A stretch of DNA of 64,000 bases from Amoebophrya sp. A120 (Eukaryota > Protista > Dinoflagellata): contig CAJINV010000005.1 of NCBI GenBank assembly GCA_905178155.1, forward strand, positions 4,873,369 to 4,937,368, written 5' to 3'. Positions within the stretch are counted from its first letter, which is position 1; each line of letters opens with the position of its first letter. Positions 24,201 to 36,615 of the stretch are shown piece after piece. A model generated the notes under the pieces. It was not told the DNA's origin. It was given only the letters and a program-made list of their open reading frames with translations, and searched no databases. Made by a program: the position numbers and the translations under genes.

Positions 24201-26033
24201 AAAATTTGGGCACGAGAGAAACAGAGCATGTACTAGGGCTGGGATTATGAAGCGGAGGCCATTAGACTACGAGGGCAAATATGTAATGGGCCAGACGATG
24301 AGAAAAGCGACAAACTTACTTAGGGGCTCACTAGCTAGCAAGGGCGCGAGGGGCTATCAATCGCAAGTAAAGCGGCCTAGGGAGAAAATGCTTAAGACTC
24401 GACAAAAGCCAAAGGAATCATCAACGATGCGAAAAAAGCGAAAAAACAACAGAGAATCAGAGGCGCAGGCTAGAGGAAGAAAAAACGCTTAACGGTCTCT
24501 CAGGAACAAGAGGAAAATCGTAGCCAAAAAACCAGAAGAGATTCTTTCAGTTAAGGGGAAAAAAAAAAGAGGATAGGACGCGAGTTGTCATGCAAATTTG
24601 CTGCAATGACAAGAACATCTGCGATGCGCATCCCCCGGATAGGCATTTGCAATCGTGTTTGGGGATTTGTGCTGCTGTAAACACGATCAGGACATGAATT
24701 TGTAATGCGGCTGGTGTTAATTTGTAGTTCTATCCGTGGATGAAACAACATACAAACCTGAAAGACATCACAACAATTTAGATGCTGATTGTGTGGTCAC
24801 AAATCATCTTTGTCTTGTATATAGGATCATAGGAGCCATTTGACGCATTCCAGAGCAAGTCTGTCATGCGCTTTCGACTACTGCAAGCCTGTTTGTCATG
24901 CGCAATTGCTAGCCTTCTGCATACCCAAACAAGCTGAGAAAATGCCGCCAAGCACTTTCTGCAAGACAGATCTGATTTGTGTACGCAAATCCAGCATGAG
25001 AAACTTCGTTTCGATATGGGGAGGGGGGATTTTTCCTCTCAATACGAGGATGAGGGAGTACTTGGTGTTGTTGATGTTCATCGCGAGCTGCAAATCCTCC
25101 TTGTATGGGGGTGTCAGGATTGAAATCGACAAATTTGAAATGATTTGTCATGCATAAAATCGATACCAGTTGGAAGCACAATTTCGAAGCGGTGCATGAG
25201 AAATTTCGGCACCGTCTAAATCCAGTTTGTCATGCTGTTTAGGCACAGAAGGCGTCTTTTGTCATGCTACTTTAGCAGCTCTATCGCAGACCCCAAACAG
25301 GCTTACGATCCGCCTCACTTGCCATCCCGGCAAGACAGGCACTTCATGCCTTGCATTTTATTCATCGCAAACTCTTTCAACTTTGACGATTTCAAACCTG
25401 ACACATCCATACCTTGTACGCACCAAATAAGCTGTCGAAGAAATACGGGCCGGGAATGAAGCAACAAACCAGCACGTGGACGATCAGCAAGTGGCAGGTT
25501 CTCCTCGGATCCACCAGGTACTTCATCCACCGGTCTAAACAGGTCCTACCGGGTCGCGACGAGGAGCTCGACGGGCTGGTGCTGGAGGAGTTCTGCTCTT
25601 CATGATTGCCCCGCGACCCCTGCTGGTCGTAGTTGTTGTCCGCTCCTCCTGCTCCTCTTGTTCCGATATTAAGGAGGTTGCTGGAAGAGGAATTCCTTGA
25701 ACTGGCCGGCGAATTGTCTCTACTACTCGTTGCTGCGAAAGTATCGAACGCGTGGCCCGCATTTTCGTTCGTGCCGTCGAGGGCGGGCAAGGCGATGGAG
25801 AGCACGGGTTCGGACCCCGCGGTCCGGATCCACTCTTGCTTGGTCTTTTGCACGTAGAGTTCCGGATTATTACTTACTCGGCTGGGCGGTCGCTGCTGCT
25901 GTTGTTGTGAGGCAGCATGGTCAGATGGATTCAGCAGCGGGCGGTCGCGCCGATTGTTCCCGGCGGACGGCGAGGACGGCCTGCGCGGGCCCTGCTGTCT
26001 GCGCTGGTTCTGGCTCGGTTGCGAAGAACGCAT
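21259..26033 (-). CDS. Major facilitator superfamily transporter, MFSD1-like
   Basis: Spliced CCFIPGPYFFDSLFGAYKEDLQLAMNINNTKYSLILATGSLSAVLSGPAGFLVRNWG...LGRVLFWAG...ACRIGGTMG resembles MFSD1 TM1-5, with multiple hydrophobic helices. Three introners plus one GT-AG intron (about 22689-22798). Confidence 0.85.
23082..23361. mobile_element. Introner family B
   Basis: TIRs; TSD TTTCA. Confidence 0.95.
23759..25044. mobile_element. Introner family D expanded by a ~965-bp nested insertion
   Basis: D-type TIRs at both ends; TSD CGAGA/CGAGG; body interrupted at a duplicated GATGCTGATT. Confidence 0.9.
23816..24780 (-). mobile_element. Nested insertion with a poly(T) end and 10-bp flanking duplication (retro-type or repair-templated)
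   Basis: GATGCTGATT at 23806-23815 and 24781-24790; T-run to 23827; contains a TIR-less family B fragment at about 24582-24730. Confidence 0.65.
25104..25411. mobile_element. Introner family E (opposite orientation to the 19338 and 20046 copies)
   Basis: TIRs; 308 bp; TSD CCTTG. Confidence 0.95.
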
Positions 26034-26319
26034 GGGATAGAGAGTTTTGGTGGATCGAGTTTAGTCATAAGCTAAAGAAACACTACTAGCGCAGCGGTAG
26101 CGAATATAGACGGGGTGTGGGAAATTAGTTCATGAGGCTGCTGATCATTTTTCAGATTTTGTTGTGTTCACTTCGTCACTTCCAGTGCTGGCGTTGGGTT
26201 CTTGACATAGAAGCTCTCAACCTATCTACTACAAACTCTGTGGCAGAACAATCTCGACAGTGGGCCAGGAGTATGACACACAGCGGCGAATGCTTTTACG
26301 TCATCTGTGGAAGCCCGAC

Positions 26320-27800
26320 CGACCTCAAGGCCGCGTAGCTGCGCTGCGACGGCCCGAGCGCCCCGCCGCGCGCCGCGGTGCTATTCGGGGGGCCCACTGC
26401 CTTGGCGCAACGGGAGCAAAAGCCGCGCCGAACCGGCTGGCGGGCGGCGCAGCTTCAAGCATTGGCGGCGGGGCCGTGGGGTTTGCTTGGAACCGCAACC
26501 GGGCGCCATTGCCGGCGGAGGTTTTCCGCCGGGCGGCGGGGGGCCATCGCGCAGGCGGGCGGCAGCGAAGCAGGCCGCGCCCTCCGAAGTAAAGCGGGCC
26601 GGGCCGGCTAGGGGCCGGCAGGCCCCCTGCGCGCGCCTGCCCCGGCTGGGAACTCCGAGACGCCCCCGCCCCCCTCGGCATTCCCGCAGGCGGTCTGCGC
26701 GCGAAAGCCTTCGGCCCGCCGCTGGCCCGCAATGACCGCGGGAAGCTTCTTAGCCGCGCGCACTGCACGCGCGGCCGGGCGTTTGCAATCGAGGCCCGCA
26801 GCGTGGCGCCTTCGTTCTCCTTATCCCGCAGCATTTTGGACGGCGAGCATCGCGCGGCTCGGTACTTTCGTGAACTGTCGCCCGGATGGCCTTCGAACCT
26901 GGGCCCGGGATCCAGGGAGGCCGCCAAACTGGAAACCAAGCGCCGGGAAAGGGGAAAGCGTAGGCAAAGCCCCGCCGATCTTTTCGAAGGCCCTCCGGGA
27001 GCCCTCCGCCGCGCGAGGCGTACCGCGGGAAATGCGAAGGCTGCGGCGCGCTAAGTCGCCAAGAACATCCGCGGGCCCGTATATATAAGGCGCCGGCCAC
27101 CATTACTGCCACACGGCCGCCCAAGAAACAGGCGGCCTGGCCGGCCGGGCTTTGAAAGATTCGCGCCCTGAAACCCCCAGCGCGTCCCCGCGCGACGGGG
27201 CCGGCTGCCGAGCTTCCCCGGGCAGGCCGCTGCCCTTTTCCTCGCGCACCGGCCCCGCCGCTTTCTGTGCCTGCGGCGCCCCTGTTTGCGCGGCAAAAAG
27301 GAGAAGGGCAACGGGCGCCACGGCTTCTGTTCGGCGGGGACGCCCGGCAAGGGCGGCGCTGCCAAGATTGGCCGCCTGCGGTCTTGGGGTAGTTCTTCGC
27401 GCTTTCGTCGGGGTTGTACAAAATGCCGGAAATCTGCGGCCCCCCCCCCCGAATTGCGCCAGCTTATGCGCCCGCTGGGCCTGCGCCTTTTCTTCGGTCT
27501 GCGCTGCCTTTCCCTCGGTCTGCGTCAGGCCCTCAGTCTTCTGGGCCTGCGCCTCGCGGCCCGGCCGTCGCTTCTGCGACGGGCAACCCCCGCGGCGCCG
27601 GGCGCCGCCGCCTATGTTTCTTCGGCGTCTCAGCTTTGCGGCGGCCCTTCCCGCTTTGGCCCGGCGGGCCCCCGCCGCCAGCAGCCAAGCGCCCCTGGCC
27701 CGTTCCGTTTTGGCGACAGCCGCGCGATTCGAATAACGGCCCGAGCCTGCGCCACCGAGTCACGCGTGCGCGCGCTGTGGCGTCAGCATTGCTTTTCGCT
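26320..27800. other. Very GC-rich, apparently non-coding island
   Basis: Abrupt compositional shift; overlapping Arg/Ala/Pro/Gly ORFs in all frames; no introner motifs. Confidence 0.6.
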
Positions 27801-28314
27801 CATCATCGTGGCGGCAAACACTAACCGCGCAGCGGCGCATCGCTCGACCTTCGGAACACTTCGCCAAAACCTCCTGCGCTCAAGGCCCTTTACTCCTGCG
27901 CTGCTCACCAAAGTACATACTTACTCGCCCGCGACCCGGGCAGCTGCCATTGAGAAACTAGCTTATTTAGTTGTGTCGTACTTGCTTTCTAGTTATCGTC
28001 GTGTTAAAAAAAATCATTTCAAGCTGTATCAAAATGTCTGTTGATCCAAGAATTCCCTTTACATCACAAAGTATTCAGCATAGACAACTCTAGTACATCA
28101 ACTTCACCAGATGCAATCTCCATCAGACTGCATCGAATTTCTTTCGACCGAGCCCTTCAGCAACGGTTTTGACGCAGCGGACGACGGCGTTCGCGGGTCC
28201 TCAGAGGAAGTTATGGAAAGAGCAAAAAACTGAAGCTGCAGTCACAACAGTCTCGTATCATGCCAAATTCTTGTTCTTCTATCTATCTATGCCAACACCT
28301 GCTACTTCCGCTGT

Positions 28315-31300
28315 CTACAAGCATGACAAACTTGTTACTCCCGCTTTCTTTTGCATTTTCATACACTTCGACGCCGCGTTGGTCGTTGCCACGCGGAAAT
28401 ACTCGCCCTTCTTCTTCAGCACCCCGCTGCTCGGGGTGATTTGGTTCATGGGGCTCGGGAGGCGCACCACCTGGCCCCGGTTCAGCTCGATGTTTTCCGT
28501 GCTTAACCCCAATTCCACTTCCCGGTACTCCCGCGTGACCGAGTCTAGCGAAACCCCGCGCACGATGATTTTCGATTGTCGCGGACTCAGCGGACTGGTC
28601 CCCGTTTGCATCGGACTGGCGGGTAGGCTGTGCGGGCTGTCCGGGGCGAGCGTCAGGACCTCGTCGTCGTCGTAGTCCAAATCCCGCCCCAAACAGAAGC
28701 AAAAGATCATCGCTAGGTAGTACAAAATCGGGTTCCGATTACCGCAAATCACGTGGAACCCGCAGAGTTTTGTGTGCTGCGTCCAGATCGCGGTTACCAC
28801 CCGGGCGATCAGGCTCATACCGGAGAGGAAGCCGAGCAGCAAACCTAACACGTCGAACACCGTGCGTTTCGGGCTGAGAATCAACTTATACGCAGTGTGG
28901 GACACGTCTAAGAGCATCTCCGAGTGGATCTCCGGCGGTTGCTCCGAGTAGAAATCGGAGTTCCCCGTGGCCGCCCTTTGTTCGATCGCGACAAAGCTCC
29001 CGGACTCTGTTTGCGCGACAAATTGCGCCACGAACCCGAAGAACTGCTTGTTCTGAATCAGATCGCGGTAGTCCGTGTATCATCTGTAAAAATGTCTGGG
29101 TCTGGAAACTTGTGATGCTACAATGTGCATGATGACAACACTTCCGAATGCAGTCCGGCATGACAACTTCCCAAAACGCTTCGTCATAGGAAATCCGCAT
29201 GAGAAACTGCGTTTTTGCACGACAAAAGAGGCTGCAACTTTTGTTGGTTACGCAATACAGATTTTCTAGGTATGGAAAGCTAGCATTACAAGTTCCAACC
29301 TTCCAGACCCAGACATTTTTACAATCCATACCGTGGGCACTAGCGCAATCCGGATCTCCGACGCGTCCGGGCCGCGCAGGACGGCGTTCTCGGGGTTACT
29401 CGACATCCGCGCCTCGGAGGTAATGGTGGAGACCGTTGTTCCTGCTGACGCTTTCCCGCTCGCATCTACCCCGTTCTCCTGTAGTTGGTCGTGTGCAGAG
29501 GAACGACCAATACTACTCGTCGCTCCTGCGTCGAGCAACCGCAGCCCGGAGTGGGAGGAAGGGGGAGTTCTAGTTGAGCCGGTTCGTCGTGATGAGGATT
29601 TTTTATTTGAGATCGTATTTTCCTTCTGCTCTTCTTGGTCCCTACGCTCTTTATCCCTCATTCGCGAACGATTAGACGTCGCTGGCACAGCGCTGGGCGT
29701 TATCGACACATCCACGCGGGAGTATGCGTTGGTTTGTTTGGATTCTAGTAGTTGCAGGTCGGTGTTCCTCTCTTCGTCCTGGTTGTGTTGCTCTGCATTG
29801 TCATTCGCATTCGAACTAGTTGACAACCAGTCTACCGTCAGCGACCACCGAATCTGCCGTGCTGCGGTGTAGATGAAATCCGCTGAATTACTTTTATCTC
29901 CTTGTCCACCTGAAGTAGAAGAAGTCCTCGTCGGCTCCACGTCTATCCTGACCCGCGCCACCCGCCGGTCCCCTCGGTCTCGGTTCACCGTGCACTTGCC
30001 GCACTTGTACTTCACAACGCACTTTTGCAACCGCCGATCCGCGTAGCAGGACTGCAGCTGGCGTTTGGAATTTGGTGCTGAGGAAAACCGAAACCCGTCG
30101 ACGGACAACTGGATGGAGTCGTCACAGGTATGTGGTTATCAAATGCAAAAATGTCTGGGTCTGGAAGAGTCGGGACTTCTCATGCACATTTGGCATGACC
30201 CGTGAGGTCTGTGATGCAGGTGCTAGCATCAAAGATTTTTTGAGAGCTTCTGATGCTAGTCACGCATGAGAAATGCCCTCTCCGCGTGCCAAGAACTGAC
30301 TCGTCTTGCTGCTCATGCAACACAGATATTTTTAGAATCCGCAGACAGCAATACAAGTTGCATTCTTCCAGAGCCAGACATTTTTACATTTGATAGTGGT
30401 TCTACTTCTGCACCAGCGGACAATCTAGAAGGAGCACCCCGCGCCTCTCCCGCACCTGCCTTCACACACGGCCCCACGTACCCGTCTAGAACTGCTTGGA
30501 CGAAAAAATCCGCTTTGATTTCCCCAACGCCGATTTCCTCCTCCTCGGGCAACGCCATCGACGTCAACACTTGATTTGCGTACAAGTGTCTCGCGATCGT
30601 GAAAAACATCACGCAAATCGCGACGATCGCATACATTAGAAAGATGATGCCCCCCTGCTCGGACGGAATGAAGGAACCCGTGATCGGCCGCATGTCCAAT
30701 CGTCGCAAAATTCGCGCCGCCCGCCGAGGGATTTTCACGTGGATCAATAACAAGCACGTTGTGATGATCAGCGTAGTCGTCATCCCGACTTTGAGCGTGA
30801 TGGACTGCCACCACGTATCAAATGCAAATATGTCTGGGTCCTCTGGAAACTTGTGATGCTGAATCATGAATGATGAGAGCACTTCATCTGAGTGCATCCA
30901 AGCATGACAAGTTTCGAAGACCCGCTGCCATGCGCAGTTCGCAGTCCAAACTGCGTTTTTGCATGCCAAATTAAGCTGCTATTTTGATGTCGGTCATGCA
31001 ATACAGAGCTGGCAGGAGTGCCAGCCAAGCAATACAAGTTCACCTTTTCCAGACCCAGACGCATTTGCAGTGGATACCACGAGTGCTGCTTCAAAATCGT
31101 ATCGTTGTGCGGCTTATCAAATGCAAATATGTCGGGGCCTGGAAACTTGTGATGCTGGTTGAGAAAGACGAGGACGCCTCAACTGGCTGGCAACCATGAC
31201 AAGTTTTGGAGGTCCTACAGTCTTGGCCTTTCTGCATGATAAAGTGAGCTTCTGCATGACAGAAAAGTGGGGCTTCTGGGTAATGTGCATGACAGACTTG

Positions 31301-34300
31301 AGAGTCATGTCAGACAAGCATGACAAACTTCCATTCTTCCAGACCCAGACATGTTTGCATTTGATACGGCTCGTTCTTCTCGCGCACGTGCGATTTCGGC
31401 TGCTTTTGGTTCTTAAAAGTCGCCATGAGAGGACAAGTAGGGGCGTTGTTGTGGCTCAGTTGTTGAGATTCATCTTCGCTAGATGCAGTAGGTGCAGCCG
31501 GCGATGGGCTATTGCTAGGGATGAACTTCCTCTCCTGCTGTGCAGCTGCCTTCCCTGCCGTGAGGCCCGAGCTACTGCCCGTGGTCGTTTTCACCCGCGG
31601 TAGCAATGTTGATGTTGAAGCGGCGATGCTGTCGAAGTAACTCATGGTTTCTGAAGAAGATGACACCGTCGTCGAGCTACTTGCAGTCAAAACTCTCATT
31701 CTAGTTTCGTTCTTCCCCGGCACCGCCTCCACTATTTCCTCGCTCGAAGCAGACGAGAAATCGCAGGACAAACACTTCCCCGCGCCGGGGAGTGCACTGT
31801 ACGTGTTGTCACTGCAGGGGAGACAGGCTCGGAGCTCCGTCATACCGGCAACTGGCTGGTAGAACCCCGCGGGGCAGGGTTCGCAGTGTAGACTCGATCT
31901 TGCTGTTCTCTCCCCCTGTTGTTGCGCAAACAACGAGCCAGCGGCTACAATGCTCCCGGGCGGGCAGGGCGCGCATTGATAGTTGTACTTCAGCTGGTGA
32001 TGATGCCCTCGCGTGGTTGCTGCGTTCTCGTCGTGCGCCGTCCTTGCATCGGTTATCTTCTTTACCACGCTGCCACTGTCGCAGACGACATCAGCTCTCC
32101 TCCCTCCTCGCTCCTCCTCCCGCATCAGAAACGCTGTCCAGGGGTTTAGAAAGTGCAGCGCCACGTTGCCCCTTTCCCGACTGGAAACGGCACCGCTAGC
32201 GGCATCTCGGCCGACCTCGACACTGTTCGCCGTTCGTCTCATGCTAGAGATTGCCCTGCTGAGCAAATCTCCAGTGCTGCTGGTTCCAAACGAAGAAGAT
32301 CCGGCTCCTGCGCTGCTTGGCAGAGCCTGCAATCCCCCGTCTATCAAAACCCTCCCTGTCGCAGGCCAGTACGCCGTAGCAGAAAAAACCGCAGCGCCGA
32401 GGGAAAGCGGGTTCTTCTTGAATAACGGTTCCAGGAAAAGGGATTCTTTACTCAAATCTGCAATCCCGGAGCCCCCGCTGGACGAACTACCGGTTGTTCC
32501 GAAGAGAGAGGAAAGCAGGCCGGCATCTTGTCTCGTTTTCTTCAGCCTCGGGTCAGGTAGTCTAGTTTCAATCGTTCCGGAGGACGAAGCGGTTTGTTTT
32601 GGAACTCTCCGCCACTGACCCGGGAGGAGTTTTGGACGAGGCGGAGACTGCGCTGCGGCATTACCATCGCCACCAGCGGAGTGATCTTCCTCATCGCTAT
32701 CATCTGAGCCAGAACTGAGAAGGCGACTTTCGTCGTTTCTCGTGGAGCGTGTTTTCTGTTCCTCTTCCTCCTCGGTGCTGCCTTTGTCATCCGCCCGGTT
32801 CTGCGAAGGCTCATGATCGGTTTGGTTTTCCTCATCCTTTTTGTCAGCCGACTTCTCATCTTCCGAACGCGCTCTTCCCCTGCTCGTCCCCGCATCGGCT
32901 TTTTGGTTTTTCTGATTTTTAATTCGTGGCTTCTCTCCTCCACGCTGGCTCGGCTCGTGTTTCGCTTCGTCCTCCGGTAGCTCCTGCAACCGCAGCTGGT
33001 AAATCTCCTGTGACACCGCAAAGTCCTCCCCCACGCCGCCACTCACGATCAAACTGCTACACTCTACCTCATCTACCCGCCCGGTGTGAAACGCGAGTTT
33101 CGGCGGGGGTACTACTTCCTCCTCTCCTCCGGCTGCTTGTGAACTAGAAGTTCCTGCGGTATCGAGCCTGACCTCCAGCCAGATCTTGAAAAAGTAGTCG
33201 TAGAACCACACATCCCCCAGCACCTCGCTGCGGTCATTCACTCCGCCGAAAAGCAGCAAGCCGCCCTGGTCGTGCTGTTTTGATGTTTTCAGTTCCTCCG
33301 GCGTCGCGATGGCGAAACTACTCCGCAGCAGGGAAAACGCCGGTCTTCGTTTGCAGACGCTGAGACTGTGGCCGACCCTTGGGGACGGAACATCGACGCT
33401 GGATAGTTCTCTGGGAAGATTATTTGCATTGCCATCAGGCCCTGCACTGCTGTCATCCCGGCCGGTAACGGAAAGTTTTTGGAACGGTAGCGGTTTTTTC
33501 ACCGAGTGGTGCTTGTCGACATCTACTTCTGCGTTCAGATTGTCCACCACCTTTCGCAAGTCCAGCTGCCACAAGTCGTTAGTGAATACTACCGGGGCAG
33601 CACTTGTCGCTGCCGCGTACGAGGAACTTCGTCCCGGGGCTTCTTGCCCCCCGAAGAGAACCCAGTTCTCCTTCCTTCCTAAATCAGTGTTAAACATCGC
33701 ATATCCACTGCAAAAATATCGCACTCGTACTGATCGCAGTCCTAAATGACAGATCTATGATCTAAGGGAAAACAGCCTTACAAATTACATTTCCTTTCTT
33801 GGAAAAATTTGCAATGCAATTTCTAGTAGTACGATGCTTTTGCATTGCATACCGCACCCGTGACAAAGTGGCTCAGCCGCAGGCCGGACGGAACCCGGCC
33901 GCACCGGCGCCACATAGAACCGGAGGGGGATTTCTGGAAAGATTTAGTGGTGCTGTCCGAGCTGTGGGGTTTTAGTCCGGCTGCTTCGTCGGCTTCCGGC
34001 ACAATGCTCGCCGCAATTCGAATGACCCAGACGTCCTGCAAGAGCCGATTGCTCCCGTCCCGCCCACCGAAGATGAAAAAGTACCCGCTATCCTGTGTAA
34101 AAACGTCGCCACCCCAGAGTTGTCATGCAAATGCGCAATGCCAGGCACGTTTGTAATGCGCAGCTCCATGAGAGGCATTTCCAATCGTGTTTTAGAATTT
34201 GTAATGCTGCAAACAGGATGACAAGCTGACTTTCTTACGCAGCTTCCTTTGCTAACCAGCACGACACTGCAGAGGCAAACTTGTCATGCGCAACGCTCAA

Positions 34301-36615
34301 AACTTGGACATTTGTCAAGCAGATTTCCCATCTTGAGTATGGGGTGGGAACGTTTTTACATATGATACCCGTCGCGCGTACTGGTCGCGACATGGCCGTA
34401 GCGGGGCTTCGGTTTTTTGTGCTCAAAATACATGTTCGGACCGAGAATTTGTCTTTCTAGATCGAGTTCCCGGAGCAGGTGGTTGTTTTGCTGTGTAGTT
34501 ATTTTACCATTTCGTATTCCGGCAAGCGCAAAACCGGACAGCTTATTTGAGAGCGTGAGAAAGGCGCTGGATGACGTAGATGATGAATCTTGGCTGTTTG
34601 TTCCCCCATCTCCCTGTTTTACTCGAAACCCGCCGAACCTCACTGCGTACGTGCCCACGATGGTTAAAGTGTGGCCGATGTAAGAACTGCTCGGGGCGGC
34701 AGGTGAAGATTTTGTCATGCTACTAACAGCACCAGGCGAATAAACACTGCACGCTACCTGAAATGGTTTCGTGGAGGTGATTTGGCTTTGAATTGAAACC
34801 TCGATGGTGTGATTCCCAACGTTGCTGTGCCGCAAGTCGGTTTGTTCTATTTTCAGAGACAATTTATTGCTTTCGCCGGTTGAAGATGCGCTGCTTGTTG
34901 ATTTTGCTGTGTCACAGGGGTCTATCGGAAGAATCAACAACTCCTGCATGTTCACGCCTTTGATAGTACTTGTGTGATCCGCTATTTCATCTTTTTCCTC
35001 CTCTCCTCCACTATCTGCGTCTGTCTCAGCCGAAAGACGACCCGCAGCGCCACCAATCTGCAGCTCCCCTTCCAGATACCGTGTGCAGGGGGCCAGGGCG
35101 TAGTCGACCTTGCGGTGGGACATCGAAAGGACTTTCAAATCCCGTTTTGGCTCTGTGACGATAAATTTGTTTTTCCCCGTGATCAAGTCGGAGAGCCAGG
35201 AGGTGCTGCTACTGGTAGTACCAGAAGACGTCGTCGACGCCTTTTCTTCGACCGAGTGGTGCTCCTCTGGGTTTTCTTTCACGACAGGGGCCGGGGATTC
35301 TTCGCCCCCTGTACTTGTTCCTGATGTTGGGGGCTGTGCTGCTTCTAGACTTCTTCTCGTTCCACCTTTTCCGAGACGAGAGCCTTCCGTTCCCGCATCG
35401 GCATCGCTTACGGAAGCAGACTTCCCGCCGCTGCTCGTTGCTTCATCGCTTGCGCCACTATTACCCGCTGACGAAGAAGCCGAGTGGGTGATATTTTTTC
35501 CACCTGTGGGAGCAGTGGGCTTTTTCTCTTCGACTTTTTCTACAATCTCCGTGTCGCTCAGAGTCGCTGTTAACTTCTCCAAATCGATCGTGTGAATTTG
35601 TTTTGCTGCCGCGGCCGTCAGCACCTTGCGACTGATGACGACGCGGAAGAGATTTTGAGGTTATGAAATCGAAAAGAGAACGGCCTGACATAAACCAAGA
35701 AGCGAGTTTAAATGCTTTGAATCTGTAGTTCTGGCATGGTGTACAAGAAAGTCTGCATCCGACTTTTACCGTGTTCAGTCCATCACAATACACACCTTTA
35801 CCCACATGCTACACTACGTAAATTCCCATCACAAACCCGGCAAGTTGTTTTCCTTCTTTTCATACACTCTCTGCTGAACTGGCGTCTGCGCGTGAATCCC
35901 GCAACAGTTGCGAGTCTAGATTCTTGCGTGAATACTCCAAAAGCTCATGATTTGCCGTAGATGAACTGCTGCTTTCATCTTCCTGTGCTAGCGCTCTGGA
36001 ATGCCCCGTTGATGAGGACGCTGTTCCGCTCGAAGTATCTGATCGCGCACCATGATCCGCCCTGTTACCTGCGTCCTGTACAGCAGGAGCTGCCCCGTGC
36101 GAACTTCCCCCTTGTTCCTGCGCATCGTTTGCACTTCTTTGTGACGAGCTGCTCCTACTTCTTGCCCCCGTCGACGAGGACAACAGTTTCGCCGTGACGG
36201 CGCGGGTTCTAGTCCCGTCTGCAAAACCCTCCTGCTCGTCATCACTGCTTGTAGTTTCTACCGCGATTCCAAGAAAATCCGCAATGCCCTTCTCCACGAT
36301 TTTCCCCGTTGCGTTGCCCTCGATCAGCACCTGCAACGAAATTTTTTCCACGTACCGGCAGCTGACTGTGATGTTCACTGCTTGTAAGCCGCGTAGCTCC
36401 GTGTCAAAATCCACCGCTTGTTCAAATTCCAACTTTTTCCCGGCTTGCGAGTAGAGGGTGACGTCTAGCTGGTCGATTTTTGATGTCGGAGAGGGTGAAG
36501 ATACGGCTGCAGTGCCGGTCGTAACGAACAAACTCGCCGCAGCTGCGAAGACCAAGATCCGCAATAGGAATGGTGCAACACGAGGGGGGAAAAACTTCTT
36601 CTTTCCCATCGTCAT
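28315..36615 (-). CDS. Signal-peptide, Kelch-repeat, Cys-rich (GCC2/GCC3 or ephrin-receptor-like) membrane protein
   Basis: N-terminal hydrophobic LLRILVFAAAASLFV; Kelch motifs (PRYGH, FFIFGG, WVLFGG...TNDLW, PSPRVGHS, LLLFGG...LGDVWFYD); CAPCPPGS...CEPCPAGFYQP...CLPCSDNTYS; C-terminal TM helices. Frame restored across 6 introners; the 3' end is uncertain. Confidence 0.75.
29078..29330. mobile_element. Introner family A
   Basis: TIRs; TSD CCGTG. Confidence 0.95.
30137..30395. mobile_element. Introner family A
   Basis: TIRs; TSD GTGGT. Confidence 0.95.
30816..31076. mobile_element. Introner family A
   Basis: TIRs; TSD CCACG. Confidence 0.95.
31115..31366. mobile_element. Introner family A
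   Basis: TIRs; TSD CGGCT. Confidence 0.95.
33702..33851. mobile_element. Introner family C
   Basis: TIRs; TSD TCGCA/CCGCA. Confidence 0.9.
34089..34367. mobile_element. Introner family B
   Basis: TIRs; TSD CCCGC/CCCGT. Confidence 0.93.

Noticed and set aside
26260-28044. Long ORFs in the GC-rich island as genes
   Set aside because: They are open in several frames on both strands because of GC content, are Arg/Ala/Pro/Gly-rich, and show no domain signal.
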